Assembly: GCA_963695225.1 (NCBI GenBank)
Contig: OY968762.1
Span: forward strand, 1,568,001 to 1,632,000
Source: Vulcanimicrobiota bacterium
GTDB taxonomy: Bacteria > Vulcanimicrobiota > Vulcanimicrobiia > Vulcanimicrobiales > Vulcanimicrobiaceae
Length of the DNA: 64,000 bases
Direction of reading: 5' to 3'
Position numbers and translations under genes: made by a program. Below are positions 36,028-45,207 of this stretch, in pieces (within the stretch, counting starts at the first letter, position 1; each line of letters opens with the position of its first letter). A model generated the notes under the pieces. It was not told where the DNA came from. It worked only from the letters and a program-made list of their open reading frames with translations, and searched no databases.

Positions 36028-37050
36028 TTAAGCTCGAACGAGCAGGGCCACGAGGAAGCGCCGGCCGGAGTCCGTCCAGTCTAACGCCAAGCGAAAGCCC
36101 GTCTCGCTCGCGAGCGCGATCACATCTTCCACCGAGAACTTGTACGACGATTCCGTGTGGATCAGCTCGCCCGCCGCGAACGCGTACTCGCGCTCCAGCG
36201 CCTCGACGCGCACCCGTTGCGCGCTACGCGAAACGAGATAGGATTCGACGGCGCCGCGCATCACGTCGTAGCGCGCCGTGAAATCGAAGGCGCGCACGTC
36301 GAAATCGGCGCCGAGTTCGCGGTTGATGCGAGCGAGCAGGTTCTTGTTGAACGCCGCGGTCACGCCGGTCGGGTCGTCGTATGCCGCTTCGTGCACGCGC
36401 GGATCCTTCTTTAAATCGGCCCCGACCAGCAGCGCGTCGCCCGGCTTGAAGGCCGCGGCGATCGCGTGCAACAGGCGCCGCGCCTCGACCGGCGCGTAGT
36501 TGCCGATATTCGATCCGAGAAACAAGACGAGCGCGCGCCGTTCCGGCTCGATGCGCCGTGCCGCGAGGATGTCGAAGTAGTCGCTTGCGTAGGCGCTGAC
36601 CGAGAGGCTTTCGTACGACGCGACCAGGGCCGGTACGCAAGCCGTCAGCGCACCCGGGGAGATATCGATCGGGTGGTACTCGAGCGCGTCTTGCCGGCGC
36701 AAGATCGCTTCGATCAAGAGCCGCGTCTTCTTTCCGCTCCCGCTCCCGAGTTCGATCAGCTCGAGCGGCTCGCCGAGGGCGGCGACGATGTCGTCGGCGT
36801 GCGCCTCGAATATCTCGCGCTCGTTGCGGGTGAGATCGTATTCCGGTAAATGGCAGATCGCCTCGAAGATCGCGGAGCCGAGATCGTCGTAGAAGTATTT
36901 CGGCGAGAGGCGCTTTGGATCGCCGTCCAGGCCGTTGCGGACGTCCTCGGCGAAGGACGTCGCGCGATCGATGCCCGGGGAACGAAAGAGCAGGAAACGC
37001 TCGGCGACCGGCACCAAGTCGCCGCTCCCGGGAATCATCGCGTTCGTCAT
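36028..37050 (-). CDS. egtD: L-histidine N-alpha-methyltransferase family (Methyltransf_33)
   Basis: PKYFYD, LPEY, IELGSG, FLGSNIGN, AYDD..GVTAAFNKNLL.RIN, IHTESSYKF motifs. Confidence 0.85.
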   Translation of the reverse strand: MTNAMIPGSGDLVPVAERFLLFRSPGIDRATSFAEDVRNGLDGDPKRLSPKYFYDDLGSAIFEAICHLPEYDLTRNEREIFEAHADDIVAALGEPLELIELGSGSGKKTRLLIEAILRRQDALEYHPIDISPGALTACVPALVASYESLSVSAYASDYFDILAARRIEPERRALVLFLGSNIGNYAPVEARRLLHAIAAAFKPGDALLVGADLKKDPRVHEAAYDDPTGVTAAFNKNLLARINRELGADFDVRAFDFTARYDVMRGAVESYLVSRSAQRVRVEALEREYAFAAGELIHTESSYKFSVEDVIALASETGFRLALDWTDSGRRFLVALLVRA

Positions 37051-37102
37051 GTCGGCACCTTTCGTTCCCGGCAAAACCGCTACGGCAAAAGGAGCTAGCG
37101 AA

Positions 37103-37831
37103 GTGCAGAGCCAGGATATCACGATCGAGATCGACGGGAAGCCGATGCCCTGTTATCTGTCCCGCCCCGAGGGTGACGCCCCCGTCCCCGCGGTCATCGT
37201 CCTGCAGGAGATATTCGGCGTCAATGCCGAGGTCCGGCGCATCGGCGACTTGCTTGCGAGCACCGGGTACGCCGCGCTCGCGCCCAACTACTACTACCGC
37301 ACGGACCCGCAGCTCAACGAACCGTACACGCCGGCGGGCATCGCGGCCGGCTTCGCGGCTGCGAGCGCGGTGACGAAGGCCAATCTGCGGCGCGACGTCG
37401 CAGCCGCGATCGACTGGCTCAACGCCCAGCCGTTCGTCTCGCACGGCCGGATCGCGACCTGGGGCTTCTGCTTCGGGGGGAGCGTCGCGTTCGTCACCGC
37501 AACGCTCCCGGGACTCGCCTGCGCGGTCTCGTTCTACGGCTCGCATATCGCCAAGCCGTTGCCGGACGGGGAGCCGCCGGCGCTGGCCGACGCAGGCGAA
37601 CTGCGGGCGCCGATCCTGCTCGCGTTCGGCGGGCAAGACGAATCCATCCCTCCGGCCGCGGTCGCGCGGATCGCGGACGCGCTTTCCGCCGCGAAGAAGC
37701 CGTTCGATATCCAGATCTACCCGAACGTCGGGCACGCGTTCTTCCGTTCCGGCAGCGAGAACATGAGCGCCGAAGAGGTCGCGGATGCTTGGGATCGCGT
37801 CCAAGCATTCTTGCAGCGGCACTTCGCCTGA
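37103..37831 (+). CDS. Dienelactone hydrolase family protein
   Basis: QEIFGVN, GFCFGG nucleophile elbow, YPNVGHAF. GGAG RBS before GTG 37103. Confidence 0.92.
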   Translation: MQSQDITIEIDGKPMPCYLSRPEGDAPVPAVIVLQEIFGVNAEVRRIGDLLASTGYAALAPNYYYRTDPQLNEPYTPAGIAAGFAAASAVTKANLRRDVAAAIDWLNAQPFVSHGRIATWGFCFGGSVAFVTATLPGLACAVSFYGSHIAKPLPDGEPPALADAGELRAPILLAFGGQDESIPPAAVARIADALSAAKKPFDIQIYPNVGHAFFRSGSENMSAEEVADAWDRVQAFLQRHFA

Positions 37832-37843
37832 CGCTCGGGCGGA

Positions 37844-38533
37844 TCAGGGCGAGCGGGCGGGCACCCCGCTCGCGTCGCGCTCGATGCGCGACCAGCGGTC
37901 GTAGATGTCCGCGATGTAATCACGGGTTTCAGGATACGGGGGCACGCCGCGATACCGCGCGACCGCGCCGGGACCCGCATTGTAGGCGGCGAGCGCCGCC
38001 GCATACGGATCGGCGTAGAGCGGCTCGTAGCCGCCGACGTAGCGCGCGAGCAAGCGGCCGGAGCCCGCCATCGCGGAGTGCCAGTCGAATGGATCGACGC
38101 CTTCGAGCGCCGCCGTCCCGAGCGTGAACTGAGCGATCCCAACCGCTCCTGCGCTCGAGATCGCGCCCGGATCGAAGGCCGACTCTTGGAGGAGCGTCGC
38201 GCAGAAGAATCCATACGGCAGGCCCTCCCGGCGTGCCACCGAGATCGCGTGCGCCGCGAGTTCCAATGCGTCCGTGGGCCCGATCCGCCGATTCGAGCGC
38301 ATGATCGAGCGCGCGACCGCCGTCACGGGCGGCGCAGGCGCGGGGGCGTCCAGGATGAAGCGCCCGCCCGCGAGGCCGCTCCGCGGCGGCACTCCGGGGC
38401 GCACCGCGACCGCTTGGCGCAAAGGTTCGACGCGGACGCCCGCGACAAGTTCGGCGACGGTCAGATCGTCCGGGCCGGGCGGCTCCGGAGCACCGCATGC
38501 GGCGAGCGCAACCAGCAGGAATGCCGGAAGCAT
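37844..38533 (-). CDS. Lytic transglycosylase (SLT domain) lipoprotein
   Basis: Lipobox LAAC, QESAFDP.AISSAGAVGIAQF, AAYNAG, PPYPETRDY. Start uncertain. Confidence 0.85.
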   Translation of the reverse strand: MLPAFLLVALAACGAPEPPGPDDLTVAELVAGVRVEPLRQAVAVRPGVPPRSGLAGGRFILDAPAPAPPVTAVARSIMRSNRRIGPTDALELAAHAISVARREGLPYGFFCATLLQESAFDPGAISSAGAVGIAQFTLGTAALEGVDPFDWHSAMAGSGRLLARYVGGYEPLYADPYAAALAAYNAGPGAVARYRGVPPYPETRDYIADIYDRWSRIERDASGVPARSP

Positions 38534-38671
38534 CGCACGGGCGAGCCGAACGGCCGTCTCGGCGGCGCGGGCGCGCGGAAGGTGACTGCGACGGGGCGGA
38601 GCAATTCGCGATGGTAGCTCTTCCCGAGAGAGGATTGTCAATGTGCGCTCGGTTGAAGCGGTAAAGGCGCG

Positions 38672-39217
38672 TTGCTGACGTTTTTCGTAGCGCTGGGAAT
38701 CGTTCTGGTCGTGGGCGACTTCGGCTCCACCTTCTTCTACCATGTTCCGCAGCACGTCTGGGGGAAGCTCCACCTTCGCACGCATCACGACCGTAGCCGC
38801 TCGTACTGGGATCACGCGGTCCTCTCCCGCAGTCCCGCCGTCCTGCTGGACGGTTTCCTCGGCGCGCTTCCGTATCTCGCCGTCGCGGCGCTCGCTTGGC
38901 AACTCTCCCCGGCCGGTGCGATCGCGGGTCTCGCGCTCGGCCAACTCCACGTGTGGTGGCGCCACACGAGCGAACTCGGCTGGTCTACGCCGGCCCCCGT
39001 CGTCCGCGTCGCACGCGCCCTGGGGCTCGTGCTCCCCGAAGACCATAACGGACACCATTTGAACCCCGAGGTCGAATTCGGCGACCTCTTTCGCTTCTAC
39101 GATGCACCCGCACGAGCGGTGATTGCCAAGGCGCGCGGCGAAATCCGGCGCCGCCGGCACGTCATCAGACGGCTCGAGCGGCGGCGCGCTCTGCGCGGCG
39201 CCGGCGGCACGCAGTAG
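38672..39217 (+). CDS. Sterol desaturase/fatty acid hydroxylase family di-metal membrane enzyme
   Basis: His boxes HVPQH, HLRTHH, HVWWRH, HNGHH. Confidence 0.8.
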   Translation: MLTFFVALGIVLVVGDFGSTFFYHVPQHVWGKLHLRTHHDRSRSYWDHAVLSRSPAVLLDGFLGALPYLAVAALAWQLSPAGAIAGLALGQLHVWWRHTSELGWSTPAPVVRVARALGLVLPEDHNGHHLNPEVEFGDLFRFYDAPARAVIAKARGEIRRRRHVIRRLERRRALRGAGGTQ

Positions 39218-39236
39218 CAAGAGTGGGCAACGAAGG

Positions 39237-40436
39237 TTGATCGACAAACGCATCCTCTTCCTGATCTCGGACACGGGCGGCGGACATCGCAGCGCGGCGA
39301 AGGCGATCACTGCGGCACTCGACGAGATCCGATCCACGCCCGAAGGCGACCCGATCCATTTCGAACACCGGGTCGACGACGTCGCCGCGCATTGCACGTT
39401 CCCGCTCTCGCAACTCGGCCCCGCATATAGCGCGGCGTTGCGCTTCGCGCCCCCGATTTACGGTGCGCTCTTCCACGCGACGAACGGCCGCCGGCGCTTC
39501 AGGAGCGTCGTGCGCTTCTGCGAACCGCTCTACCGGGAGCGTCTGCGCGAGTTGTTCATCGCCTACCAGCCCGACGTGATCGTCTCCGTCCACCCGCTCC
39601 TCAACCACGCCGCGCTGCGCGCGCGCGCCGATGCCCGGATCGCAGCCCCCGTCATCACGGTGATCACGGACCTCGGACGCGTCCACGAAGGCTGGCTGAT
39701 CCCCGAGGCGGACGCCGTCGTCGTCCCCGCCCGCGAAGTCTACCAGCGCGCCGTCCAGCGCGGCGTCCCCGAAGAACGTTTGCGGCTGCTCGGGCACCCG
39801 ATCCACCCGAAATTCGAGGACGTCACCGCGCACAAGCCGGAACTGCGGCGCAAGCTCGGGCTCCCGATCGACAAAACGATCGCGCTTCTGATGGCCGGGG
39901 GCGAGGGCGGCGGAAAACTGCTGCCGACGACGCTCGCGATCGCGAAATCGAAGCTGCCGCTCCATTTGATCGTCGTCACCGGGCGCAACGCGCCGCTGCG
40001 CGCGAAGCTCGAGGAGATGGCGCCGTCGTTGCGGATGCCGATGACGATCCTCGGCTTCCGCGAAGACGTCCCGGAACTGATGCGCGCGTCGGACCTTCTG
40101 GTCACGAAGGCGGGACCCGGAACGATCGCCGAGGCGAGCGTCGCCGAGTTGCCGGTCGTCGTCTACGATTTCGTCCCGGGCCAGGAGGAAGGGAACCTCG
40201 ACTACGTGCGCGCGAACGGCATCGGCGTCGTTTCGCTCAGCACGCCGGAAGTCGTGCGTTCGATACGCCGGCTCGTCTCGAACTTCGAGCGTCTGCAAAC
40301 GATGCGGGTCCAGCAGAGCAAAGTCGCCCCGCGGGGCAGTTCGCGCCGGATCGCGCATCTGATCGCCAACATGGCCTTGACCGGGACGATCGACGAAGTC
40401 CCGCGTCCGCGCCCCCGAGTCACCGCCGCAGTCTAA
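39237..40436 (+). CDS. Diacylglycerol glycosyltransferase (MGDG synthase/UgtP, GT28)
   Basis: DTGGGHRSAA, SVHP, TVITD, GGEG, TKAGPGTIAEA, PGQEEGN motifs. Confidence 0.9.
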   Translation: MIDKRILFLISDTGGGHRSAAKAITAALDEIRSTPEGDPIHFEHRVDDVAAHCTFPLSQLGPAYSAALRFAPPIYGALFHATNGRRRFRSVVRFCEPLYRERLRELFIAYQPDVIVSVHPLLNHAALRARADARIAAPVITVITDLGRVHEGWLIPEADAVVVPAREVYQRAVQRGVPEERLRLLGHPIHPKFEDVTAHKPELRRKLGLPIDKTIALLMAGGEGGGKLLPTTLAIAKSKLPLHLIVVTGRNAPLRAKLEEMAPSLRMPMTILGFREDVPELMRASDLLVTKAGPGTIAEASVAELPVVVYDFVPGQEEGNLDYVRANGIGVVSLSTPEVVRSIRRLVSNFERLQTMRVQQSKVAPRGSSRRIAHLIANMALTGTIDEVPRPRPRVTAAV

Positions 40437-40494
40437 CCGCGCACGAGCGCAGTCACCCCCGACGAGTCCACCATGGGCGGGCGGTACGCAGGTA

Positions 40495-40645
40495 GCGTCC
40501 GGAGCGGGGCGGGGTTTCTCCGCGGGGAGTACAGCTTGCCCGCGGAGCCACGATGGCGGGAGCGGGCAAGTGGACTAGTAGCCGTTTCGCATGGATGCGA
40601 AACGGCGGGCGTCCCCGCGGGGGAACCCCGCCCCGCTCCGGACGC
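40495..40645 (+). repeat. Structured intergenic repeat element, copy 2 (34-bp inverted repeats with two G-T wobbles enclosing two hairpins)
   Basis: Arms 40495-40528 and 40612-40645. The core matches 26670-26768 with compensatory changes. Confidence 0.9.
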
Positions 40646-40680
40646 GGGCCACGCGAAAAGCCCACCCTGCGGCAGGCGAG

Positions 40681-41646
40681 TTACCTTGGTTCGGGGACCG
40701 CGATGAGGCCGCCGCGGCGTGCCATCGTTGCGGCGCCGATCGCCCCCGCGTCGTTGCCGAGCATCGCGATCGCGAGCTTCGTGCCGCCGCGCGGGGCCAT
40801 CGTCGTCAACTCTTCGACCTTCGGTTCGAGCGCGCGCAACATAAAATCCCCGGCGCTCGAAACGCCGCCGCCGAGCGCGATCACCTCGGGGCTCAGAAAC
40901 GCGATCACGTTCGCGAGGCCGCGTGCGAGATCGTCGACGTAACGCGACCACGCGGTGAGGCCGTGGAGATCGCCGGCTTCCGCCGCTTTGCGAATCTGCT
41001 TGCTGCCGAGCGGCTTCCCCGGCTTCTTCGGCTCGAGCAACGTGCTGCGCGGGAACGACGGCGCGACGGCGATCGCGTGGCGCAAGAGCCCCGTCCCCGA
41101 GGCTTGGGCCTCGAAACAGCCGGTCTTCCCGCAGCCGCAGATGAAACCGTCGAGCGGCCGGATTTGATGGTGCCCTATCTCTCCCGCGCCGCCGTTGAGC
41201 CCGAGCACCAGCGTTCCCGCCGCGACGATCCCGCCGCCGATTCCGGTTCCGAGCGTCAAGAGAACGAAGTTCCCGGTCCCTTTGCCGCACCCGAACGTGT
41301 ACTCGCCGAGCGTCGCGCAGCGGGCATCGTTCCCGATGTGGACGGGGATACGGAAGCGTTTGCGCAACGCGTCGCCGAGCGGCACGTTCGTCCAGCCGAA
41401 GTTCGGAGAATAGCGGATCGTCCCGGTCGCTAAGTCGATGTTCCCGGGGGAGCCGAGGCCGATCGCACGCGCCTCGGGGTGTCGCTGGAGCACCTCCGTG
41501 ACGGTCTCTTCGACGGTCTTAACTACGGCTTCGAAGTTACGGTCGACGATATCCCGCGCGCTGCGGTCGCGGATCTCCCCTTCTTCGTCGACGAACGCCG
41601 CCAGAACGTGCGAGCCACCGAGATCGACACCAATCGTCGCCGTCAT
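40681..41646 (-). CDS. ROK family sugar kinase (glucokinase-like)
   Basis: GVDLGGS, GNDARCA, TLGTGIGGG, GEIGH, CGCGKTGCFE motifs. Confidence 0.93.
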   Translation of the reverse strand: MTATIGVDLGGSHVLAAFVDEEGEIRDRSARDIVDRNFEAVVKTVEETVTEVLQRHPEARAIGLGSPGNIDLATGTIRYSPNFGWTNVPLGDALRKRFRIPVHIGNDARCATLGEYTFGCGKGTGNFVLLTLGTGIGGGIVAAGTLVLGLNGGAGEIGHHQIRPLDGFICGCGKTGCFEAQASGTGLLRHAIAVAPSFPRSTLLEPKKPGKPLGSKQIRKAAEAGDLHGLTAWSRYVDDLARGLANVIAFLSPEVIALGGGVSSAGDFMLRALEPKVEELTTMAPRGGTKLAIAMLGNDAGAIGAATMARRGGLIAVPEPR

Positions 41647-41717
41647 ACCGGCGCCTTCGCGCCGCAAACGCTGATCCATGCCTAGGTCGCCCACGCGGCG
41701 CCCCCGAAGGGCCTCGC

Positions 41718-42428
41718 ATGCAAGAGACGATCGATCTGATCGCGCACGCGGCGGCGCGCGAATTGCGTGCATTCACGCGACAGACGGGTCAGCCGACAAC
41801 GCTCGAGCTCTTCGATCTCGAACCGATGCACAACGTGCAAGAAATCGAGATAACCGAAGAGCACGTGACGATCACCTACAACCAGAAGATCGAGCACCGC
41901 TACAACGCGAAGACGGTCGTCCAGAAGGAATGGTCGTACAAGTACAACGACGATCCTGAGTTCGTACGCGCGGTCGGCGCCGTGATCGACCTCGCGCGCA
42001 AGCACCTGCGCGACATGCCCGAGAACGCCGCTTGCCCGCCGGGCTGCGCCGAGTGCTGCAGCGGATACGAGCCGTTCGTGAGCCGCGAGGACGTGCAGCG
42101 GATCGCCGACCATTTGGGCTTGGGCTACGAGCGCGCGCTGAAGGATTACGTCGTGCGCCGCCGCTCCGCGGACGGGTTCGTCGTGGGCTACCTGCGCAAA
42201 GTCACCGAAGACGTCGCCTCGCAGTGCGTCTTCCTCAAAGGTAGCGGCTCGGGGAAGTACTATTGCGGGATCTACGAAGCCCGGCCGCACGATTGCCGCG
42301 CGTTCACGCCGATCGAGTGCGAAGACGTCGACGATTCGCTCCCGCGCGCAGGCGAATACAAGAGCGGCCCTCCGTTCCGGCCGCGCCGCGCCGCGGCGAA
42401 GAAGGCGGCCGGGCGGCGCAAGACCTAG
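41718..42428 (+). CDS. YkgJ family cysteine-cluster protein
   Basis: CPPGCAECC, CVFL, CGIYEARPHDCRAF motifs. Confidence 0.85.
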   Translation: MQETIDLIAHAAARELRAFTRQTGQPTTLELFDLEPMHNVQEIEITEEHVTITYNQKIEHRYNAKTVVQKEWSYKYNDDPEFVRAVGAVIDLARKHLRDMPENAACPPGCAECCSGYEPFVSREDVQRIADHLGLGYERALKDYVVRRRSADGFVVGYLRKVTEDVASQCVFLKGSGSGKYYCGIYEARPHDCRAFTPIECEDVDDSLPRAGEYKSGPPFRPRRAAAKKAAGRRKT

Positions 42429-42471
42429 ACGCGCGGGCGCCCGAGCGCCCGAGAAAGGCTGGATTGCAGCG

Positions 42472-43056
42472 ATGGAGACGAAGCCGAGGGAACCGTCGCG
42501 CTTCGGCGAGACGCCCGAGCACGAGTTACCGCCCGACATCGCCGAGATCTACGCGAAGTACCGTGAGAAGCTCGGGTTCGTGCCGAACGTCTTTCGCGCG
42601 TACTCGCGGCGTCCCGAGCACTTCCGCGCGTTCATGCATTATCACGACGTGCTGATGCGGGGCGATGGCGGCCTTTCCCGCACCGAGCGCGAGGCGATCG
42701 TCGTCGCGGTCTCAGCGGAGAACCTCTGCCAATACTGCGTGACCTCGCACGGCGCGGCCCTGCGGATCCTGGGAAAGGATCCGGTCCTGGCCGACCAGAT
42801 CGCGATCGACTGGCGGACGGCGCAACTCTCGCCGCGCTGGCGGGCGATGCTCGGCTTCGCCTCGCGCGTGAACGAGCCCGGCTTCTCGGCGAGCGACGCC
42901 GAGATCGACGAACTGCGCGAGGCCGGCTTCGGAGACGACGACATCTGGGACATCGCCGCGATCGCAGCCTTCTTCGGGTTCTCGAATCGCATGGCGGGTA
43001 TGATGGATATGCGACCGAATCACGAATTCCACGAGATGGGACGGCCCGCGAGGTAG
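42472..43056 (+). CDS. Peroxidase-related enzyme (AhpD/CMD family)
   Basis: LGFVPNVF, REAIVVAVSAENLCQYCVTSHG, SNRMA motifs. Confidence 0.9.
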   Translation: METKPREPSRFGETPEHELPPDIAEIYAKYREKLGFVPNVFRAYSRRPEHFRAFMHYHDVLMRGDGGLSRTEREAIVVAVSAENLCQYCVTSHGAALRILGKDPVLADQIAIDWRTAQLSPRWRAMLGFASRVNEPGFSASDAEIDELREAGFGDDDIWDIAAIAAFFGFSNRMAGMMDMRPNHEFHEMGRPAR

Positions 43057-43089
43057 AACCACCTAGCCTACGTGTGGAGGAGCCTACGA

Positions 43090-43464
43090 ATGACCACGAC
43101 GACGATGCGCGTCACCGGAATCGACGCGACGTACTACACGACGAAGGATCTCGACCGCGCGACGAAGTTCTACACCGGCTTGCTCGGCACCGAGCCGACG
43201 ATGCACGCGCCGAATTTCGTCAGCGAATGGACGTTCCCGAACGGTGAATCGTTCGGGCTCTATATGCTCCAGGCCGACGAACCGTTCAGCGCTTCGAGCG
43301 GCGTGATGTTCGCCGTCGACGACGTCCCCGCGTACGTCGCGGCGGCGAAGGCGCGCGGCGTCGCGTTCTCGGGCGAGGGAGCCGTCACCGACACGCCGGT
43401 CTGCCACATGGCCTTCGGATCGGACGAAGAGGGGAACGGCTTCATCCTACACCGCCGCAAGTAG
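43090..43464 (+). CDS. VOC/glyoxalase family protein
   Basis: DLDRATKFY, FAVDDV, DEEGNGFILH. GGAGG RBS. Confidence 0.85.
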   Translation: MTTTTMRVTGIDATYYTTKDLDRATKFYTGLLGTEPTMHAPNFVSEWTFPNGESFGLYMLQADEPFSASSGVMFAVDDVPAYVAAAKARGVAFSGEGAVTDTPVCHMAFGSDEEGNGFILHRRK

Positions 43465-43466
43465 GG

Positions 43467-43838
43467 TCACTGGACCCCGGGCGGGCGCGGCGGGCGGGCC
43501 TCGGCGAAGCGGCCCGTGCTCCACGCGAGGTAGACGAGTGCGAAGAACAACGCCGAAGGGAGGATCACGTGCACGCCGCCGTCGATCCGCCCCGCCGTCA
43601 CGACCGCGCCGACCATGATCGTCCCGAGGACGAGCGCGACGGGGCGCGTAAGCGCCCCGATCGCGAGCAAGAGGCCGCAAACGACTTCCACGGCGCCGAC
43701 GAGAAGCGCGAAGGGGCCGGGTTCCGGGAGCTGCCAGTGCGCGAACTGCTGCGCCGCCGCAGCGTGAGCGGCGAGCTTCGAGGCGCCCGCTGCGATGAAT
43801 GCGAGCCCGGCAAGCACGCGCAGGGTCGCGCGGATCAT
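43467..43838 (-). CDS. DoxX family membrane protein
   Basis: RVLAGLAFIAAGASK, VEVVCGLLLAIGALTR motifs. Confidence 0.82.
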   Translation of the reverse strand: MIRATLRVLAGLAFIAAGASKLAAHAAAAQQFAHWQLPEPGPFALLVGAVEVVCGLLLAIGALTRPVALVLGTIMVGAVVTAGRIDGGVHVILPSALFFALVYLAWSTGRFAEARPPRPPGVQ

Positions 43839-44824
43839 CAGATCGCTCCGCTTCCCCCCGTGAGGATCGAGGCGTAGCGGGCGGGATCGACGTTGCCGCC
43901 GCTGACGACGATTCCGACGCGCCGCCCGCGCAGAGCGAGCTTCCCCGCGAGCAGCGCCGCAAGCGCGGCGGCGCCGCTCGGTTCGACGACGAGCTTGAGG
44001 CGCTCGAACGCGAAGCGCATCGCGCCGCGCAGGGCGTCGTCGGAGACGGTGAGGATCCCCGCGCACAACCGGCGCACGATCGGAAACGTCAGTTCCCCCG
44101 GCGCGACCGTTTGTTGGCCGTCCGCGATCGTCCGCGGGACCGGGATCGTCACGCGCTCCCCGCGCGCGAACGATTGCGCGAAATCGTCGCCTGCCTCCGG
44201 CTCGACGCCGTAAATCGCGATCCCGGCGCGCAGGTGCGCCGCCGCTACCGCGCAGCCCGCGAGCAGCCCGCCGCCGCCCACCGGCACGAGCAGCGCGTCG
44301 AGGCCGGGGGCTTCCTGCAGAAGCTCGAGCGCCGTCGTCCCCTGCCCCGCGATGATCGCCACATCGTCGTACGGGGGGACGAGGGTCGCGCCCCGTTCGC
44401 GCGCCAGCGCGGCGGCGAGATCGGCTCGATGCGACCGCTCGCGATCGAAGAAGATCACCTCGGCGCCGTACTCGCGCGTCGCCGCGACCTTCGCGGCGGG
44501 CGCGTCCTCGGGCATCAGGATCGTGGCCGGGATCCCGAGCAGCTGCGCGGCGAGCGCGACGCCTTGCGCGTGATTCCCGCTCGAATACGCGACGACGCCG
44601 CGTTCGCGCTCCGCCTCCGAGAGTTGAGCGAGACGGTTGAACGCGCCGCGGAACTTGAAGGCCCCCATCCGTTGCAGGTTCTCGCACTTCAGGTACGCTT
44701 CGGCGCCCGTAACCCGGTCGAGCGTGCGGGAGGTCACGACCGGCGTCCTGTGCGCCACGCCTCGCAAACGAGCGGCGGCCGCGACGACATCGTCGAAGCC
44801 GATCGCTAGTTCGTCCGCGGTCAC
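43838..44824 (-). CDS. PLP-dependent serine/threonine dehydratase family (threo-3-hydroxyaspartate ammonia-lyase/serine racemase-like)
   Basis: KCENLQRMGAFKFRGA, SSGNHAQ, PVGGGGL, SGGNVD motifs. Confidence 0.92.
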   Translation of the reverse strand: MTADELAIGFDDVVAAAARLRGVAHRTPVVTSRTLDRVTGAEAYLKCENLQRMGAFKFRGAFNRLAQLSEAERERGVVAYSSGNHAQGVALAAQLLGIPATILMPEDAPAAKVAATREYGAEVIFFDRERSHRADLAAALARERGATLVPPYDDVAIIAGQGTTALELLQEAPGLDALLVPVGGGGLLAGCAVAAAHLRAGIAIYGVEPEAGDDFAQSFARGERVTIPVPRTIADGQQTVAPGELTFPIVRRLCAGILTVSDDALRGAMRFAFERLKLVVEPSGAAALAALLAGKLALRGRRVGIVVSGGNVDPARYASILTGGSGAI

Positions 44825-45207
44825 TGCGCCGGGCTCTCGCTCGCAGGATGGATGTGGAACGCGGCGATCTTCCCGTCGCCGTCGAGCGTCATATCCTCGA
44901 TGCGCGTTCCGCGCTCGAACTCGGCGACGAACCGGTGCGTCCCCGCGGGCGCCCCGGCCGGCGTGTTCTCCTTCGTGCGCTTGAAGCTCCCGAGCGGGGC
45001 GAGTTGATCGGAGAGGCGGCCCACGCGCTCGCGCTCCATCAGCTTCGGCCGCACGATCGCGTTGAACTCGGGGGCGACGGGCCGCATATCGTTCGCGACG
45101 ATGGCCCGCGTCACTTGATCCGCGAGTTTCTCGGCATGGTTCTCGCCCGCGCATCCAGCCAGGACCGGCACGACGGCCACGACCGCGATCGGGACGAGAC
45201 GTTTCAC
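44821..45207 (-). CDS. Hypothetical lipoprotein
   Basis: VKRLVPIAVVAVVPVLAGC lipobox. Coupled by 4-nt overlaps to prfC and the dehydratase. Confidence 0.7.
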   Translation of the reverse strand: MKRLVPIAVVAVVPVLAGCAGENHAEKLADQVTRAIVANDMRPVAPEFNAIVRPKLMERERVGRLSDQLAPLGSFKRTKENTPAGAPAGTHRFVAEFERGTRIEDMTLDGDGKIAAFHIHPASESPAQ

